NCBI GenBank assembly: GCA_005792285.1
Contig: SXSI01000050.1
Coordinates: forward strand, 4,297-68,296
Length of the DNA: 64,000 nucleotides
Origin: Bacteroidota bacterium
GTDB lineage: Bacteria > Bacteroidota > Ignavibacteria > UBA10030 > UBA8401
Reading direction: 5' to 3'
Shown: positions 39,878 to 50,525 of the stretch, one piece after another
How positions within the stretch are numbered: the first letter of the stretch is position 1
Layout of the letters: each line of letters begins with the position of its first letter
Made by a program: the position numbers and the translations under genes
The notes under the pieces: generated by a model
What the model was told of the DNA's origin: nothing
Seen by the model: the letters and a program-made list of their open reading frames with translations, nothing else
Databases searched by the model: none

Positions 39878-41218
39878 TTTTCTACGAAGGCGAGCAATTG
39901 GGATTTGAAGATTCTCCCGATATTTTGTAATTGTGCGACGTGAAATTTTAAATCCAGAATCTTCAACTAATTTTTGTAATTGTAAATCGCTGTGTGGTTT
40001 CTGCGTATTTTCTTTTTTTACAAAGTCAGTTAATTTAAACAAAATTTCTTTTGTTGAAATATCTTCTCCAGATTCGGTATGAATTCCTTCACCAAAATAA
40101 TATCGTAACGGAAATACTCCATAATCAGTTTGTGCATATTTACCATGAACTACTCGGCTAATTGTTGATTCATCCACTTTCAAATTTTCTGCAATAATTT
40201 TATTAGTTAATGGTTTTAATGTGCCTTGCGAAAGGAAGTATTCTTGTTGGTGTTTTACAATTTCATTAGTCACTTTGCCAAGTGTGCTTCTACGTAAATC
40301 CAAAGCATGTAAAATAAATTTAGCAGTGGAATATTTTTTATCTAAAAATTCATTAATGTTAATGTCTGAAGAATTAAATGCATCGTAATATTCTTTTTTA
40401 AGTTTCATCTTCGGGATTTTTGCTTCATTTACTTTTACAATTATTTTTTCGTTTACTTGCCTAATAATAACATCCGGAATAATAATCATTGAAGGGTTAT
40501 TAAGTGATTCACCAGGTTTTGGATTAAGAGAATTAATCAACTCATTAATTTTTTTCATAATTGAAATTGAAATTTTCAATTTCTTTGCAATTTCTTCAAA
40601 GTGTTTTTTAGAAAATAAATCGAAGTAATTTTTTATGACATTTTCAGCTAATAGAGCAAGATGTGAGTTCTTAGAATTAATGTGCAATTGAATTAAGAGA
40701 CATTCTTGCAGAGAACGGGATCCGATAGCAATTGGTTCAAGATGTTGGATAATTTTTAAAAGCCATTCAACGTCGGCAATTGAAATAGAAGTTGTGGCTT
40801 TTAATTGATTTAGATTCTCAGTTATTTTATCAACTGAAGTTGTAAGATATCCATTATCATCTATACTGCCCAAAATTTCATCAGCAATAACGAGCTGCTG
40901 ATATGTTAAATTTAAAAAATTTAATTGAGTTCGAATTCTAGCTATTGTAGATTCTTGCAGATTTTCTTGTAAATCCAAGTCATTACCAGTAGAATTATAT
41001 TCTGCAGAATAATCTTCATTAACTTCTGATGAAGAATCTTCATCATCTAATGAAAGTGTTTCAACTACTTCTTCTAAAAATGGATTTTCTTCTAATTCTA
41101 ATTTGATTTTTTGTTCAAGATCTAAAACATTTAATTGAACAAGTTGGAGGAGTTGTATTTGCTGCGGAGTTAACCGATGGTGAAGTTTCTGTTGTAGCAA
41201 AAGATTTATTTTTGACAC
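39872..41218 (-). CDS. rpoN: RNA polymerase sigma-54 factor
   Basis: Gln/Leu-rich region I (LTPQQIQLLQL), ELEENPFLE, IDDNGYL, ESTISRV, RpoN box SRRTITKYRE. Confidence 0.93.
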   Translation of the reverse strand: MSKINLLLQQKLHHRLTPQQIQLLQLVQLNVLDLEQKIKLELEENPFLEEVVETLSLDDEDSSSEVNEDYSAEYNSTGNDLDLQENLQESTIARIRTQLNFLNLTYQQLVIADEILGSIDDNGYLTTSVDKITENLNQLKATTSISIADVEWLLKIIQHLEPIAIGSRSLQECLLIQLHINSKNSHLALLAENVIKNYFDLFSKKHFEEIAKKLKISISIMKKINELINSLNPKPGESLNNPSMIIIPDVIIRQVNEKIIVKVNEAKIPKMKLKKEYYDAFNSSDININEFLDKKYSTAKFILHALDLRRSTLGKVTNEIVKHQQEYFLSQGTLKPLTNKIIAENLKVDESTISRVVHGKYAQTDYGVFPLRYYFGEGIHTESGEDISTKEILFKLTDFVKKENTQKPHSDLQLQKLVEDSGFKISRRTITKYRENLQIPIARLRRKL

Positions 41219-41225
41219 ATTTACC

Positions 41226-41756
41226 TCATTTTCTTTCCTTTACATTTGTAAGATACCAATCTTTTCCAAATGCTGCATTAAGATCTTCCTTCAAAAATTC
41301 TGATAAAGATGTGTCATAAAGTTCACCTTTTAAAACAGCATCGGCACATTCATCAATAGGTTCGAACATTAACTTATTATTTCTCAATCGAAGCGGAAAA
41401 AGTCTGCAGGATATTGGTTTTTTCCAATTAATTTTATTTTCATTATATAATTTTTCAAATGAACATTTCGCAATATTATTTTCATAAAAGACAAAAACGC
41501 AATCTTTATTGTCAATACAGTGAAGCACAAAATTGTCATTGTGCTTTTCAATTGTTTTATTTTGTCTAATTAAATCCTGACTTCTTTCATTTAATAATGG
41601 TAAAGTTAATTCTTGGAATTCCTTTACAAATTTAATTTCGCTTTCTTGTAATGGAGCGCCAACTCCACCTTGAATTGTACAGCATGCACCTTTACATTCT
41701 AATAAATCACATACAAAATTTTGATTAATTATTGAATTGGAAATAATTGGGCCCAT
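41226..41756 (-). CDS. DUF3109 family Cys-rich protein
   Basis: FVCDL..CKGACC..G..GAPL, DCVF, KPISCRLFP. Confidence 0.85.
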   Translation of the reverse strand: MGPIISNSIINQNFVCDLLECKGACCTIQGGVGAPLQESEIKFVKEFQELTLPLLNERSQDLIRQNKTIEKHNDNFVLHCIDNKDCVFVFYENNIAKCSFEKLYNENKINWKKPISCRLFPLRLRNNKLMFEPIDECADAVLKGELYDTSLSEFLKEDLNAAFGKDWYLTNVKERK

Positions 41757-41758
41757 TT

Positions 41759-42856
41759 TTATAATTCTAAAATAAAAGATTTTCCGGCAAGTTGTCTAAC
41801 AACGCCTTTAAATTCCAACGAAAGCAATGTAACTAGCAAATCACTTTGCGAAAGTGAAGTTTCTTCCGCAAGAAGATCAATATGTTTTGGATCAATTGAT
41901 AATTTATCAACTATTAATTGTTCAAACATTGTTAACTCAGGTTTTGTTTTTATTATTTCCTTTGAAGATGAAAGATTTAATTCCTGAAGAACGTCATCAA
42001 TACAAGTAACAAGTTTTGCACCACCATCTTGAATGAGTTTATTTGTTCCGCTACTCTTTTTTTCATTAATATTTCCCGGTACACAAAATACTTCTCTATT
42101 TTGATCCAAAGCTGATCGCGCAGTAATTAACGCTCCACCATCAATTGCAGATTCAATAATAATTGTTCCGGCTGAGATGCCACTAATAATTCTATTTCGA
42201 CGAGGGAAGTATGCAGCTTCGGGAGATTCTCCCATATAAAATTCTGAAATCACTGCACCATTATTTGAAATATCAATAAATAATTTTTTATTCTCAGGAG
42301 GATATATAATATCTAATCCCGAACCGATAATTGCAATTGTTTTTCCACCAGTAGAAATTGCAGTGGAATGAGCAATTGAATCAATTCCGCGCGCGAGTCC
42401 ACTAACTGTAATTATATTTCTTTCGGCTAATTCCTTTGAAAAATGTTCAGTAATTAATTTACCATATTGACTTGGAATTCGAGTACCAACAATTGCAATT
42501 TGAATGTCCGATTTTTGTGGAAGTTCACCTGTGTAAAAAATAAATGGAGGAGGATCGTAAATTTTTTTTAATAAATATGGATAGTCATCATCCCAAAGAG
42601 TTGCAATTTTACCATTTACTTTTTTTAATAAATCAAATTGCTTATCGCAAAAATTAAATTCCCTTGGATGATGTAAAATATTACGGATTGTTTTATTATC
42701 AACTCCTTTAACCTCCACTAATTCGTTCGCAGTTGCTTTTAAAACAAGCGAAGGTGAATTAAAATGGTTAATTAATAATCTTAATCGTTGCGCCCCAACA
42801 CCTGGAATTGTTGATAAATAAAGAAGTTCTCTAATACTGTTCTCATCAAAACTCAT
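41759..42856 (-). CDS. dprA: DNA-processing protein DprA
   Basis: YPYLLKKIYDPP, AIVGTR, VSGLARGID, FPRRNRIISG, GALITA, GTNKLIQDGA, C-terminal winged helix. Confidence 0.96.
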   Translation of the reverse strand: MSFDENSIRELLYLSTIPGVGAQRLRLLINHFNSPSLVLKATANELVEVKGVDNKTIRNILHHPREFNFCDKQFDLLKKVNGKIATLWDDDYPYLLKKIYDPPPFIFYTGELPQKSDIQIAIVGTRIPSQYGKLITEHFSKELAERNIITVSGLARGIDSIAHSTAISTGGKTIAIIGSGLDIIYPPENKKLFIDISNNGAVISEFYMGESPEAAYFPRRNRIISGISAGTIIIESAIDGGALITARSALDQNREVFCVPGNINEKKSSGTNKLIQDGGAKLVTCIDDVLQELNLSSSKEIIKTKPELTMFEQLIVDKLSIDPKHIDLLAEETSLSQSDLLVTLLSLEFKGVVRQLAGKSFILEL

Positions 42857-44205
42857 TGTAAAAATTGTTTAATTTCATCCAGCAATGTTTTTGAATCATT
42901 AAATGTTTGGGCCTCTGTAATTATTCTAATTATTGGCTCGGTGTTTGATTTACGTAAATGGCACCAACTATTTTCGAAATCAAATTTTATACCGTCATCA
43001 GTATTTATTTTTCCTCGAGAATTAAAATTTTTTTTAAAATTATCTAATAATTGTTCGGTGCTATAATTTGAAACATCTACGCTATCTTTTAGAATAAAAT
43101 AATTTGGCAACAATTTTTTCAATTCGGATACTTTTCCACCGAATTCTGCTAACGATTGTAAAATTAAGCCGACACCAACCATCGCATCTCTTCCTAGATG
43201 TAGTTGTTTCAGAATAACTCCACCACTACCTTCTCCGCCAATAATTGCATTAACTTCTTTCATTTTAGTCGCTACATTTATTTCTCCAACAGGTGTTCTA
43301 TAAAGTGTCGCTCCATATTTTCTTGAGATATCATCCATTGCCCGAGTTGTTGAAAGATTAGTAACAACTCTATGTTTATTACCGATTTCAAATTCCTTTT
43401 TTAAAACAAAATCAGAAACAGCGACAACAGTATATTCTTCACTAAATGGAATTCCATCTTCTGTAAAAAGAATTAATCTGTCGGCATCGGGATCGGTCGC
43501 AATTCCAAGATCGGCTTGGTTTAAAATTACAGCTTCGGATAATTGCGTTAAATTTTTTGGAATGGGTTCAGGCATATGAGGAAAAATTCCTGTTCCATCA
43601 CATGCGATTGGAATAACTTCACAATTAAAATGTTTGAGTAGTTTTGGAATTATGAATGAGCCGGATGCATTAACTGTATCAACAACTACTTTTATTTTTT
43701 TTGTAAAATTAGCATTCTTGAAATAGGGAATTGAAATTACTTTTTGGATGTGATAATCAATTAATGATTTATCAAATGATATATTTTTACTTGAAGAAAT
43801 AAATGATCGTCCAGAAATATTTTGATAAATATTTAAAAATTGTTTCTGCTCAAAATTATTTAAAAACATTCCTTCTGAGTTTAAAAATTTCAAACCATTC
43901 CATTCGGCAGGATTATGACTCGCAGTAATTGCAATTCCACCAGTAGCGTGAAATTTTTCAACTGCAAGTTGAATTGTTGGAGTTGGTGCAATTCCGATAT
44001 CAATTATTTTACATCCGGCTCCACTTAAAATTTCTGAAGCAAGTTTAGTAATTTCATTTCCGGAAGGACGACCATCTCTTCCAATAATTATCAAACCATA
44101 GTTGCAGTATTCCGCAAAAGATAATGCAAAACGTTTTACAATCTCCGGAGTTAAATTTTCTCCGACGATTCCTCGAACTCCACTAATACTAACCATTAAC
44201 GACAT
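42853..44205 (-). CDS. glmM: phosphoglucosamine mutase / phosphohexomutase
   Basis: SISGVRG, TASHNP phosphoserine, DPDADR metal loop, GEGSGG, RKSNTEP. Confidence 0.8.
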   Translation of the reverse strand: MSLMVSISGVRGIVGENLTPEIVKRFALSFAEYCNYGLIIIGRDGRPSGNEITKLASEILSGAGCKIIDIGIAPTPTIQLAVEKFHATGGIAITASHNPAEWNGLKFLNSEGMFLNNFEQKQFLNIYQNISGRSFISSSKNISFDKSLIDYHIQKVISIPYFKNANFTKKIKVVVDTVNASGSFIIPKLLKHFNCEVIPIACDGTGIFPHMPEPIPKNLTQLSEAVILNQADLGIATDPDADRLILFTEDGIPFSEEYTVVAVSDFVLKKEFEIGNKHRVVTNLSTTRAMDDISRKYGATLYRTPVGEINVATKMKEVNAIIGGEGSGGVILKQLHLGRDAMVGVGLILQSLAEFGGKVSELKKLLPNYFILKDSVDVSNYSTEQLLDNFKKNFNSRGKINTDDGIKFDFENSWCHLRKSNTEPIIRIITEAQTFNDSKTLLDEIKQFLQ

Positions 44206-44373
44206 AATTTATTTTTCCTGTAAAAAGTATTGTATCACAAAATAGAAAAGTATTTAATCAATAATGAGGTGCATTAAATAGGAGAAATAAATATTTTTCA
44301 ACATTCGTTCATTTAATTGATTTTCAAGCATTCATTCCTTATAATTCGTTACTTCACAACGACTTACGAATAT

Positions 44374-45279
44374 ATGACAAAAACTGGTAAATGGATAATT
44401 GGTTGCACGACAATATTTTTTATTGTTGTGCTTGGAATATCTATTCTCTTTTCAATCTTTTTATCATCAGATGAAGGATATGAAGATGAAATGTTAGGTG
44501 GGTCAAATCGAAATTCTAAAATTGCATTAGTTGAAATTAAAGAAGAAATAATTGAATCTGAAAATATTGTTCGTCAATTAAAAAAATATAGATTAAATGA
44601 TGATGTTAAAGCTGTAGTTCTTAGAATAAATTCTCCCGGTGGAGATGTTGCATCTAGTCAGGAAATTTATGATGAGGTTACAAAAGTCAGAAAAGTAAAA
44701 CCAATTGTTGCTTCATTTGGAAGTGTTGCTGCAAGTGGTGGATATTATATTGCAGTTGGAGCAACAAAAATTGTTTCAAATCCCGGAAGTGTAACTGGAA
44801 GCATCGGCGTGATTTCACAAATTCTTAATGCTGAAGATTTATTATCAAAAATAGGAATCGGCTCAACAACAATTAAAACAGGGAAATATAAAGATAGCGG
44901 TTCTCCTTATAGAAAAGCAACTGAAGAGGATATAAAATATTTCAAAGGAACAATTGATGAAATTTATTCACAATTTGTAGCTACCGTTTCATATGAGAGA
45001 AAACTTTCTATGGACTCAGTCTTTCAATTAGCCAATGGCCAAATTTATACTGGTTTGTACGCATACAATTTAGGATTGGTTGATACACTTGGAACATATG
45101 AAGATGCAATTACGTATGCCGGAATTCTTGCAAATATTAACGGTGATGCAACAATTATAAAGGAAAGAAAAAATCAAAAATTTATGGACGTAATTTTTGG
45201 AGAAATTGAAACTAAAGTTTTAGATAAAGTAATTAATAAAATTAGACCGACAATATTTCAATATAAATTTCAATATTAA
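44374..45279 (+). CDS. sppA: signal peptide peptidase SppA (36K type); ATG 44374 preferred over the upstream TTG
   Basis: N-terminal TM helix; RINSPGG, SVAASGGYY, TGSIGV, GKYKD, GLVD.LG. Confidence 0.9.
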   Translation: MTKTGKWIIGCTTIFFIVVLGISILFSIFLSSDEGYEDEMLGGSNRNSKIALVEIKEEIIESENIVRQLKKYRLNDDVKAVVLRINSPGGDVASSQEIYDEVTKVRKVKPIVASFGSVAASGGYYIAVGATKIVSNPGSVTGSIGVISQILNAEDLLSKIGIGSTTIKTGKYKDSGSPYRKATEEDIKYFKGTIDEIYSQFVATVSYERKLSMDSVFQLANGQIYTGLYAYNLGLVDTLGTYEDAITYAGILANINGDATIIKERKNQKFMDVIFGEIETKVLDKVINKIRPTIFQYKFQY

Positions 45280-45314
45280 TTTAAAATTTATTATTAAAGA
45301 ATAATGAGGCCAAA

Positions 45315-45617
45315 ATGAATGTAACAAAAGCAGATATAGTTGACTTAATTGCAACTGGAACAGGTTTAACAAAAGTTGAAACTGAAGCTGTAGTTGACGG
45401 CTTTATTCAAACTGTTATTGCCTCGATGAAAGATGGTAAGAATATTGAAATAAGAGGATTCGGAAGTTTCAAAGTTAAAAAGCGAAAGGGAAGAATTGCT
45501 CGAAATCCAAGAACTGGCGCGCAAGTAAAAGTTGATGACCATTATGTCCCTCTTTTCAAAGTTTCAAAAGAGTTGAAACATTCAGTAAATGAAAATCTAC
45601 TTAAAATAATTGGATAA
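45315..45617 (+). CDS. HU/IHF family DNA-binding protein
   Basis: TKADIV, IEIRGFGSF, RIARNPRTG, VPLFK.SKELK. Confidence 0.93.
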   Translation: MNVTKADIVDLIATGTGLTKVETEAVVDGFIQTVIASMKDGKNIEIRGFGSFKVKKRKGRIARNPRTGAQVKVDDHYVPLFKVSKELKHSVNENLLKIIG

Positions 45618-45623
45618 ATATTT

Positions 45624-45836
45624 ATGGCTTTAATTTGTGATTGGTGTGGAATAGATAATCCAGAAAAAGCAACTATATGCGAAGGATGTGGGACAGAAGT
45701 AAAAGTAAAAAAATCAGTAGAAATAAAAAATGTTGTAGCGGTATCTCAAAATATAGATTTAAGGAAAAAACAAATTACAATTTTACTAACCTCAATAAGT
45801 TTAATTGGATTGATAATTCTATTTTTTAATTCATAA
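45624..45836 (+). CDS. small zinc-ribbon protein with a C-terminal membrane anchor
   Basis: CDWC...N....CEGCG plus hydrophobic tail. Confidence 0.7.
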   Translation: MALICDWCGIDNPEKATICEGCGTEVKVKKSVEIKNVVAVSQNIDLRKKQITILLTSISLIGLIILFFNS

Positions 45837-45865
45837 TCAAATAAATTGAAAGGAGGTATAATTAT

Positions 45866-45961
45866 ATGCCAAGTGGAAAAAAAAGAAAACGTCATAAAAT
45901 GGCTACACACAAAAGAAAAAAGCGTCTTCGTAAAATGCGACATAAAAAGAAAAACCGTTAA
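45866..45961 (+). CDS. bS22-like small ribosomal protein (AURKAIP1/COX24 domain), 31 aa, missing from the ORF track
   Basis: translation MPSGKKRKRHKMATHKRKKRLRKMRHKKKNR; SD AGGAGGT at 45851-45857. Confidence 0.9.
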   Translation: MPSGKKRKRHKMATHKRKKRLRKMRHKKKNR

Positions 45962-45968
45962 AAAATAA

Positions 45969-46832
45969 GTGAAGAAATTATTTATATTTTTTATTTTAAA
46001 TTTACTTTCTCAGAATGCATTTTCTTGGGGATTTTGGGCTCATAAAAAAATTACTTCAGAAGCGATTAAACTTCTCCCTAAGGAAATGCGTTCATTTTAC
46101 GAAGCTCATAAAGATTCGATTGTAAATGGATCGATTGCACCGGATTTAAGACGAAACTCCGACAAATCTGAAGCGCCTCGGCATTATATTGATTTCGAGT
46201 ATTACGATGAATTTCCTTTTTCGAAAATTCCATTATCTTTTGATGAAGCAAAAATTAAATATGGTGACTCGTTAATAAATGCATCGGGAAATGTTGCGTG
46301 GTATATTGCTGAAGTAACAAAAAAGTTGGAAGAAGCATTTCGAAAAAAAGATACAAAATTAATTTTACTCTATTCGTCAGATCTTTCTCATTATATCGAG
46401 GATGCGCATGTTCCGCTTCATACCACAAAAAATTATGATGGCCAATTATCAAACCAACATGGATTGCATGCAAGATGGGAATCCGAAATACCTGAAAGAT
46501 TCAATGAGAAGTTTAAATTGGTTTATGATAATATAAAATTTATCGGTAATCTTGAAAAAGAAAGTTTTTCAATCTGCATGGAAAGTTATAAAAATATTGA
46601 TAAAATGTTAAAGGATGATAAGGATTCGTGGTATTCTGAAAATGGCGAACCGCATTTTACAGAAAGTGAAAAAAACGGGAAGAAGAGATTGAATTTTAAC
46701 AAAAATTATTACGATATTTATTTTACAAAATTAAATGGTATGGTAGAAAAAAGAATGGAAGATGCGACAAGTTCAGTTGCTTCTTTTTGGTATACAGCTT
46801 GGATGAACGCAAATAAACCAATTTTAGAATAA
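45969..46832 (+). CDS. secreted S1/P1 nuclease / Zn-dependent phospholipase C fold protein
   Basis: signal peptide then WGFWAH; PD, HYID, HYIEDAHVPLH, H.RWE Zn ligands. Confidence 0.85.
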   Translation: MKKLFIFFILNLLSQNAFSWGFWAHKKITSEAIKLLPKEMRSFYEAHKDSIVNGSIAPDLRRNSDKSEAPRHYIDFEYYDEFPFSKIPLSFDEAKIKYGDSLINASGNVAWYIAEVTKKLEEAFRKKDTKLILLYSSDLSHYIEDAHVPLHTTKNYDGQLSNQHGLHARWESEIPERFNEKFKLVYDNIKFIGNLEKESFSICMESYKNIDKMLKDDKDSWYSENGEPHFTESEKNGKKRLNFNKNYYDIYFTKLNGMVEKRMEDATSSVASFWYTAWMNANKPILE

Positions 46833-46851
46833 CTTATTATTAGGAGAAATT

Positions 46852-47220
46852 ATGTCAGACGAAAATTCAGAAGATAAAGGAACCAAAAAAGGATTCCTAA
46901 TTGGAATGTTAGTTGGAGGAGTTGTTGGAGCAATCACAGCATTACTTTATGCACCAAAACCTGGAAAAGAACTTAGAAGAGATATTAAAAATAGAACCGG
47001 TGAATTAATGGAAAACGCCGAAGATTTTATCGATTCTACAAAAACAAAAGCTACAGATATGATTAATGAAGGGAAGAGGCGCTCAGATAATATAATTGCT
47101 GAAGCAAAAAGAAAATCAGCTTCGATTCTTGGTGATGCAGAAAAAATAATTTCCGGAGTAAAAAATAAATTTGATCAAAGCGATTCAAAAAGCCGACAAT
47201 CTCAAACAAAGAAATCTTAA
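46852..47220 (+). CDS. YtxH-domain protein
   Basis: FLIGMLVGGVVGAITALLYAPKPGKELR. Confidence 0.9.
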   Translation: MSDENSEDKGTKKGFLIGMLVGGVVGAITALLYAPKPGKELRRDIKNRTGELMENAEDFIDSTKTKATDMINEGKRRSDNIIAEAKRKSASILGDAEKIISGVKNKFDQSDSKSRQSQTKKS

Positions 47221-47222
47221 AA

Positions 47223-47642
47223 ATGGAGTCTAATTTGGAATCTTATATTAGTATTGCAGTAATAGTTTTATTGGTTTCACTATCGGCACTTACATTATAT
47301 GCAATTGCAGTTTTGGCACGATTTAAAAAAATATTAGAAAATATCGAAAGAGATCTAAAAGAGATTACTTCAAGAACTTTACCGGTACTTTCAAATTTCG
47401 AAATAATTTCATCCCGTTTACGAACAATATTAGAAAGTGTTGATGATCAAGTTTCGATTGTAAAAAGTTCCGTTGAAAAAATAAAAGGAGTTGCAGATGC
47501 TGTTGCTGAATTTCAACAACGAGTTCAGGAACAAATTGAATCGCCAATAATAGAAATTGCATCAACAATTGGTTCAATTGTAAGTGGAGTAACTGCATTT
47601 ATACATCGATTCCGCGGAAAAAAAGAAGAAACCTCGTATTAA
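47223..47642 (+). CDS. DUF948-like membrane-anchored helical protein
   Basis: N-terminal TM helix followed by heptad helix; adjacent to YtxH as commonly seen. Confidence 0.65.
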   Translation: MESNLESYISIAVIVLLVSLSALTLYAIAVLARFKKILENIERDLKEITSRTLPVLSNFEIISSRLRTILESVDDQVSIVKSSVEKIKGVADAVAEFQQRVQEQIESPIIEIASTIGSIVSGVTAFIHRFRGKKEETSY

Positions 47643-47648
47643 ATTATT

Positions 47649-47720
<72 letters not shown>

Positions 47721-47726
47721 CGTTAG

Positions 47727-48470
47727 TTAATTTAAATTAATTTTTTTGTTTAACTTTTCAAAAATTCTAACAAGTTTGATTCTCATTTTTTTTGCGTATG
47801 GATTATAATTTTGAATATGTGAAAATAATTGCCACGAATCGCTACAAGTTAGGTTTTTAACTTCCATAAGTTTTTTAGTCCCAAGCGAATCAATTTTTGT
47901 TTGCTGAATATCATATTCATCAAGCAATCGGCCGACAAAATGTGTAAGTCCCTGTGAGTTTGCCGCAAGTTTATCGTGCTCTTTGGCAGACATTTCCATC
48001 ACATTAAGTTTCTTTTTTGTAAAATATTTCTTCCAAAAATAATAATTAGATTTATCAGCTTTGAATTTATCAATTATAATTGGAAGATTTTTAAATCCCT
48101 GTTTACTGCTATCCGGTCCAAACATTGGATGAGTTAACATTGCCTGAACTTTAGTATTCTTTAAATATTTAGAAAATATTTTTGAGGGATATAGTTTTAC
48201 AGAAAGGAGATCAATTAGAAGATGTTTATTATTAAAAAACCTTTTATGGGAAGAAATAACTTGCTCAAATGTATCAATAGGTACAGAATAAAATATTACT
48301 TCGCTTCTGTAAATATCTTCAATATAATTTACAACTTTGGTATTTAAATTAAATTTGAAACTCTTTTCGATTAAGCTTTTATTGTAGATAATAATTTTAA
48401 AATCATGTTTGAGAAGCTTGTATAAAACTCTTCCGAACCTTCCAAACCCAACAATGCTAATCGTCTTCAT
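47727..48470 (-). CDS. tyrA: short prephenate/arogenate dehydrogenase (TyrA family)
   Basis: IVGFGRFG Rossmann motif, DLLSVK, THPMFGP, EHDKLAANSQGLTHF. Confidence 0.85.
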   Translation of the reverse strand: MKTISIVGFGRFGRVLYKLLKHDFKIIIYNKSLIEKSFKFNLNTKVVNYIEDIYRSEVIFYSVPIDTFEQVISSHKRFFNNKHLLIDLLSVKLYPSKIFSKYLKNTKVQAMLTHPMFGPDSSKQGFKNLPIIIDKFKADKSNYYFWKKYFTKKKLNVMEMSAKEHDKLAANSQGLTHFVGRLLDEYDIQQTKIDSLGTKKLMEVKNLTCSDSWQLFSHIQNYNPYAKKMRIKLVRIFEKLNKKINLN

Positions 48471-48488
48471 TTTAAAATAAAGTAAAAA

Positions 48489-48761
48489 CTATTTTACCTT
48501 CTTCTGAATTTCAATTGAGTGATTTTGAATCAGACTAAATAACTTAGTTATAAAATGTTTTGAAAGTTTTAATGAATCAGCTTTTGATAAATTAGAATCT
48601 AATATTTCTTTCCACCTTATTTTATCTTGAATAGCTAAATTATTTACATTTTTAAGTTTACCTATCTTATTTACAATTTTGAATCTTTCTGATAATATTT
48701 TAATCAGCTTATCATCAATTGTATCTATTTTATTTCTATATGGCAATAAATTATTTTTCAT
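48489..48761 (-). CDS. monofunctional chorismate mutase (AroQ class)
   Basis: YRNKIDTIDDKLIKILSERF..V..IG.LK, IQDKIRW.EIL. Confidence 0.85.
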   Translation of the reverse strand: MKNNLLPYRNKIDTIDDKLIKILSERFKIVNKIGKLKNVNNLAIQDKIRWKEILDSNLSKADSLKLSKHFITKLFSLIQNHSIEIQKKVK

Positions 48762-49840
48762 TATAAATTTTGTGCTTTATGTCTGAGATAATGATCCATA
48801 ATAACAATTGCAGCCATTGCACTAACAATTGGAACTGCACGTGGCAAAACACAAGGATCGTGCCTTCCTGCGGCGCTTAGTGTTACACTTTCTTTTTTTG
48901 TATTTATTGTTTTTTGCTCTTTTCTGATTGTTGAAACTGGTTTGAATGCAACCCGGAAATGAATTGTTTCGCCATTTGAAATTCCACCAACAATACCACC
49001 GGAATTATTTGTCCGGGTTTGTATTTTATTTTTAAAATAAATTTTATCGTTATGTTCACTGCCGGTTAATTTAGAACCATCAAAACCCGATCCAATTTCA
49101 AATCCTTTTACCGCATTAATACTCAACATTGCTCTCCCCAAATCGGAATTAAGTTTATCAAAAACCGGTTCACCTAATCCAGGAATTACATTTTTAATAA
49201 CCCCTTTAATTATACCACCAATCGAATCACCATCATTTTTAAGTTTATTGATTAAGCTAATCATTTTTTTTGCAGCTGATGCATCGGGACAGCGAACAAT
49301 ATTTGATTCAATTTCTTTTATTTTAACTTTATTGTAATCTACATTTGCAAAAATATTTCCGACTTGTTCAACATAACTTATAAATTCAATTCCCAATTTA
49401 GTTTTAAGATATTTTTTTGCGATTGATCCAGCTGCAACTCTCGCAAGTGTTTCTCTTGCAGATGCTCTTCCGCTTCCTCTCCAATCTCGGAATCCATATT
49501 TGGCTTCATAAGTATAATCTGCATGAGATGGGCGATAAATATTTTTTAATTCTGAATAATCATCCGATTCAAATTCTTTATTAAATGCAATTAATAGAAT
49601 TGGAGTACCTGTAGTTTTACCTTCGAAAATCCCAGATAGAATTTTTATTTTATCATTTTCTTTTCGTGGAGTTGTAATTATACTTTGCCCAGGTTTTCTT
49701 TTATCAAGATCCAATTGAATTTCATTTTCAGAAATATTTAAACCAGGTGGGCAGCCATCAACAACTGCTCCAACACAACCTCCGTGGGATTCACCAAATG
49801 TTGTAACTCTGAATATTTGTCCAAAAGTATTGCCAGCCAT
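48761..49840 (-). CDS. aroC: chorismate synthase
   Basis: [42 protein letters not shown]. Confidence 0.97.
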   Translation of the reverse strand: MAGNTFGQIFRVTTFGESHGGCVGAVVDGCPPGLNISENEIQLDLDKRKPGQSIITTPRKENDKIKILSGIFEGKTTGTPILLIAFNKEFESDDYSELKNIYRPSHADYTYEAKYGFRDWRGSGRASARETLARVAAGSIAKKYLKTKLGIEFISYVEQVGNIFANVDYNKVKIKEIESNIVRCPDASAAKKMISLINKLKNDGDSIGGIIKGVIKNVIPGLGEPVFDKLNSDLGRAMLSINAVKGFEIGSGFDGSKLTGSEHNDKIYFKNKIQTRTNNSGGIVGGISNGETIHFRVAFKPVSTIRKEQKTINTKKESVTLSAAGRHDPCVLPRAVPIVSAMAAIVIMDHYLRHKAQNL

Positions 49841-49844
49841 AAAA

Positions 49845-50525
49845 TTATTTATTGTTATAATTATAAATTGAATTTAAAGTTTCAAAATCAAGTTGTCCAG
49901 TTGCTGTTTTACTTGAAAGGGGAGATGAGTAAGTTAAATATGAACCAAAAAATGGTGCAAGAATTCTAGTTGCGATTCCTTTATTTCCCATCCCAATAAT
50001 AATTCTTTTTTCTTTAAAAGATTTATTCAAGTTCAAATTTAATAAAGTTTGGGCATCTCTTTTGCTATTAACCATTGTTGTTATTTTAATAATGAATGGC
50101 GAATATTTAGCCATCCCGTTAATTATATTTAGCAATTGTTTTTTATTTGGAGTTCTTTTAAAATTATGATACGAAATAATGTATTTAGTTTTTTTATTTA
50201 ATTTGTGCAAAAAGTTGTTATTACGAAGTGTAGATAATTCAACATCTATTAAATGAAAACCAACTTTTGAGGCATTAATCAAAATATCAATTCTATTCTC
50301 TTCAGTTTTATTAAATAAACCACCTTCAAATTTGGAACGGCAAGTAAAAATTGATTTAATTTTCGTTTTGTTCTTTAATAGTTTTAAATTCACTTTCTTT
50401 AAGTCTAGAATATAATCAGTTCGCAACTCAACGAAATTCGAAAACTTTTGTGTCTCTTTTAGATTTCGAAGAAATACTTCTAAATTATTACCAATAACTG
50501 GTGTGCAAATATTTATCCTGCTCAT
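49845..50525 (-). CDS. aroD: type I 3-dehydroquinate dehydratase
   Basis: [38 protein letters not shown]. Confidence 0.85.
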   Translation of the reverse strand: MSRINICTPVIGNNLEVFLRNLKETQKFSNFVELRTDYILDLKKVNLKLLKNKTKIKSIFTCRSKFEGGLFNKTEENRIDILINASKVGFHLIDVELSTLRNNNFLHKLNKKTKYIISYHNFKRTPNKKQLLNIINGMAKYSPFIIKITTMVNSKRDAQTLLNLNLNKSFKEKRIIIGMGNKGIATRILAPFFGSYLTYSSPLSSKTATGQLDFETLNSIYNYNNK

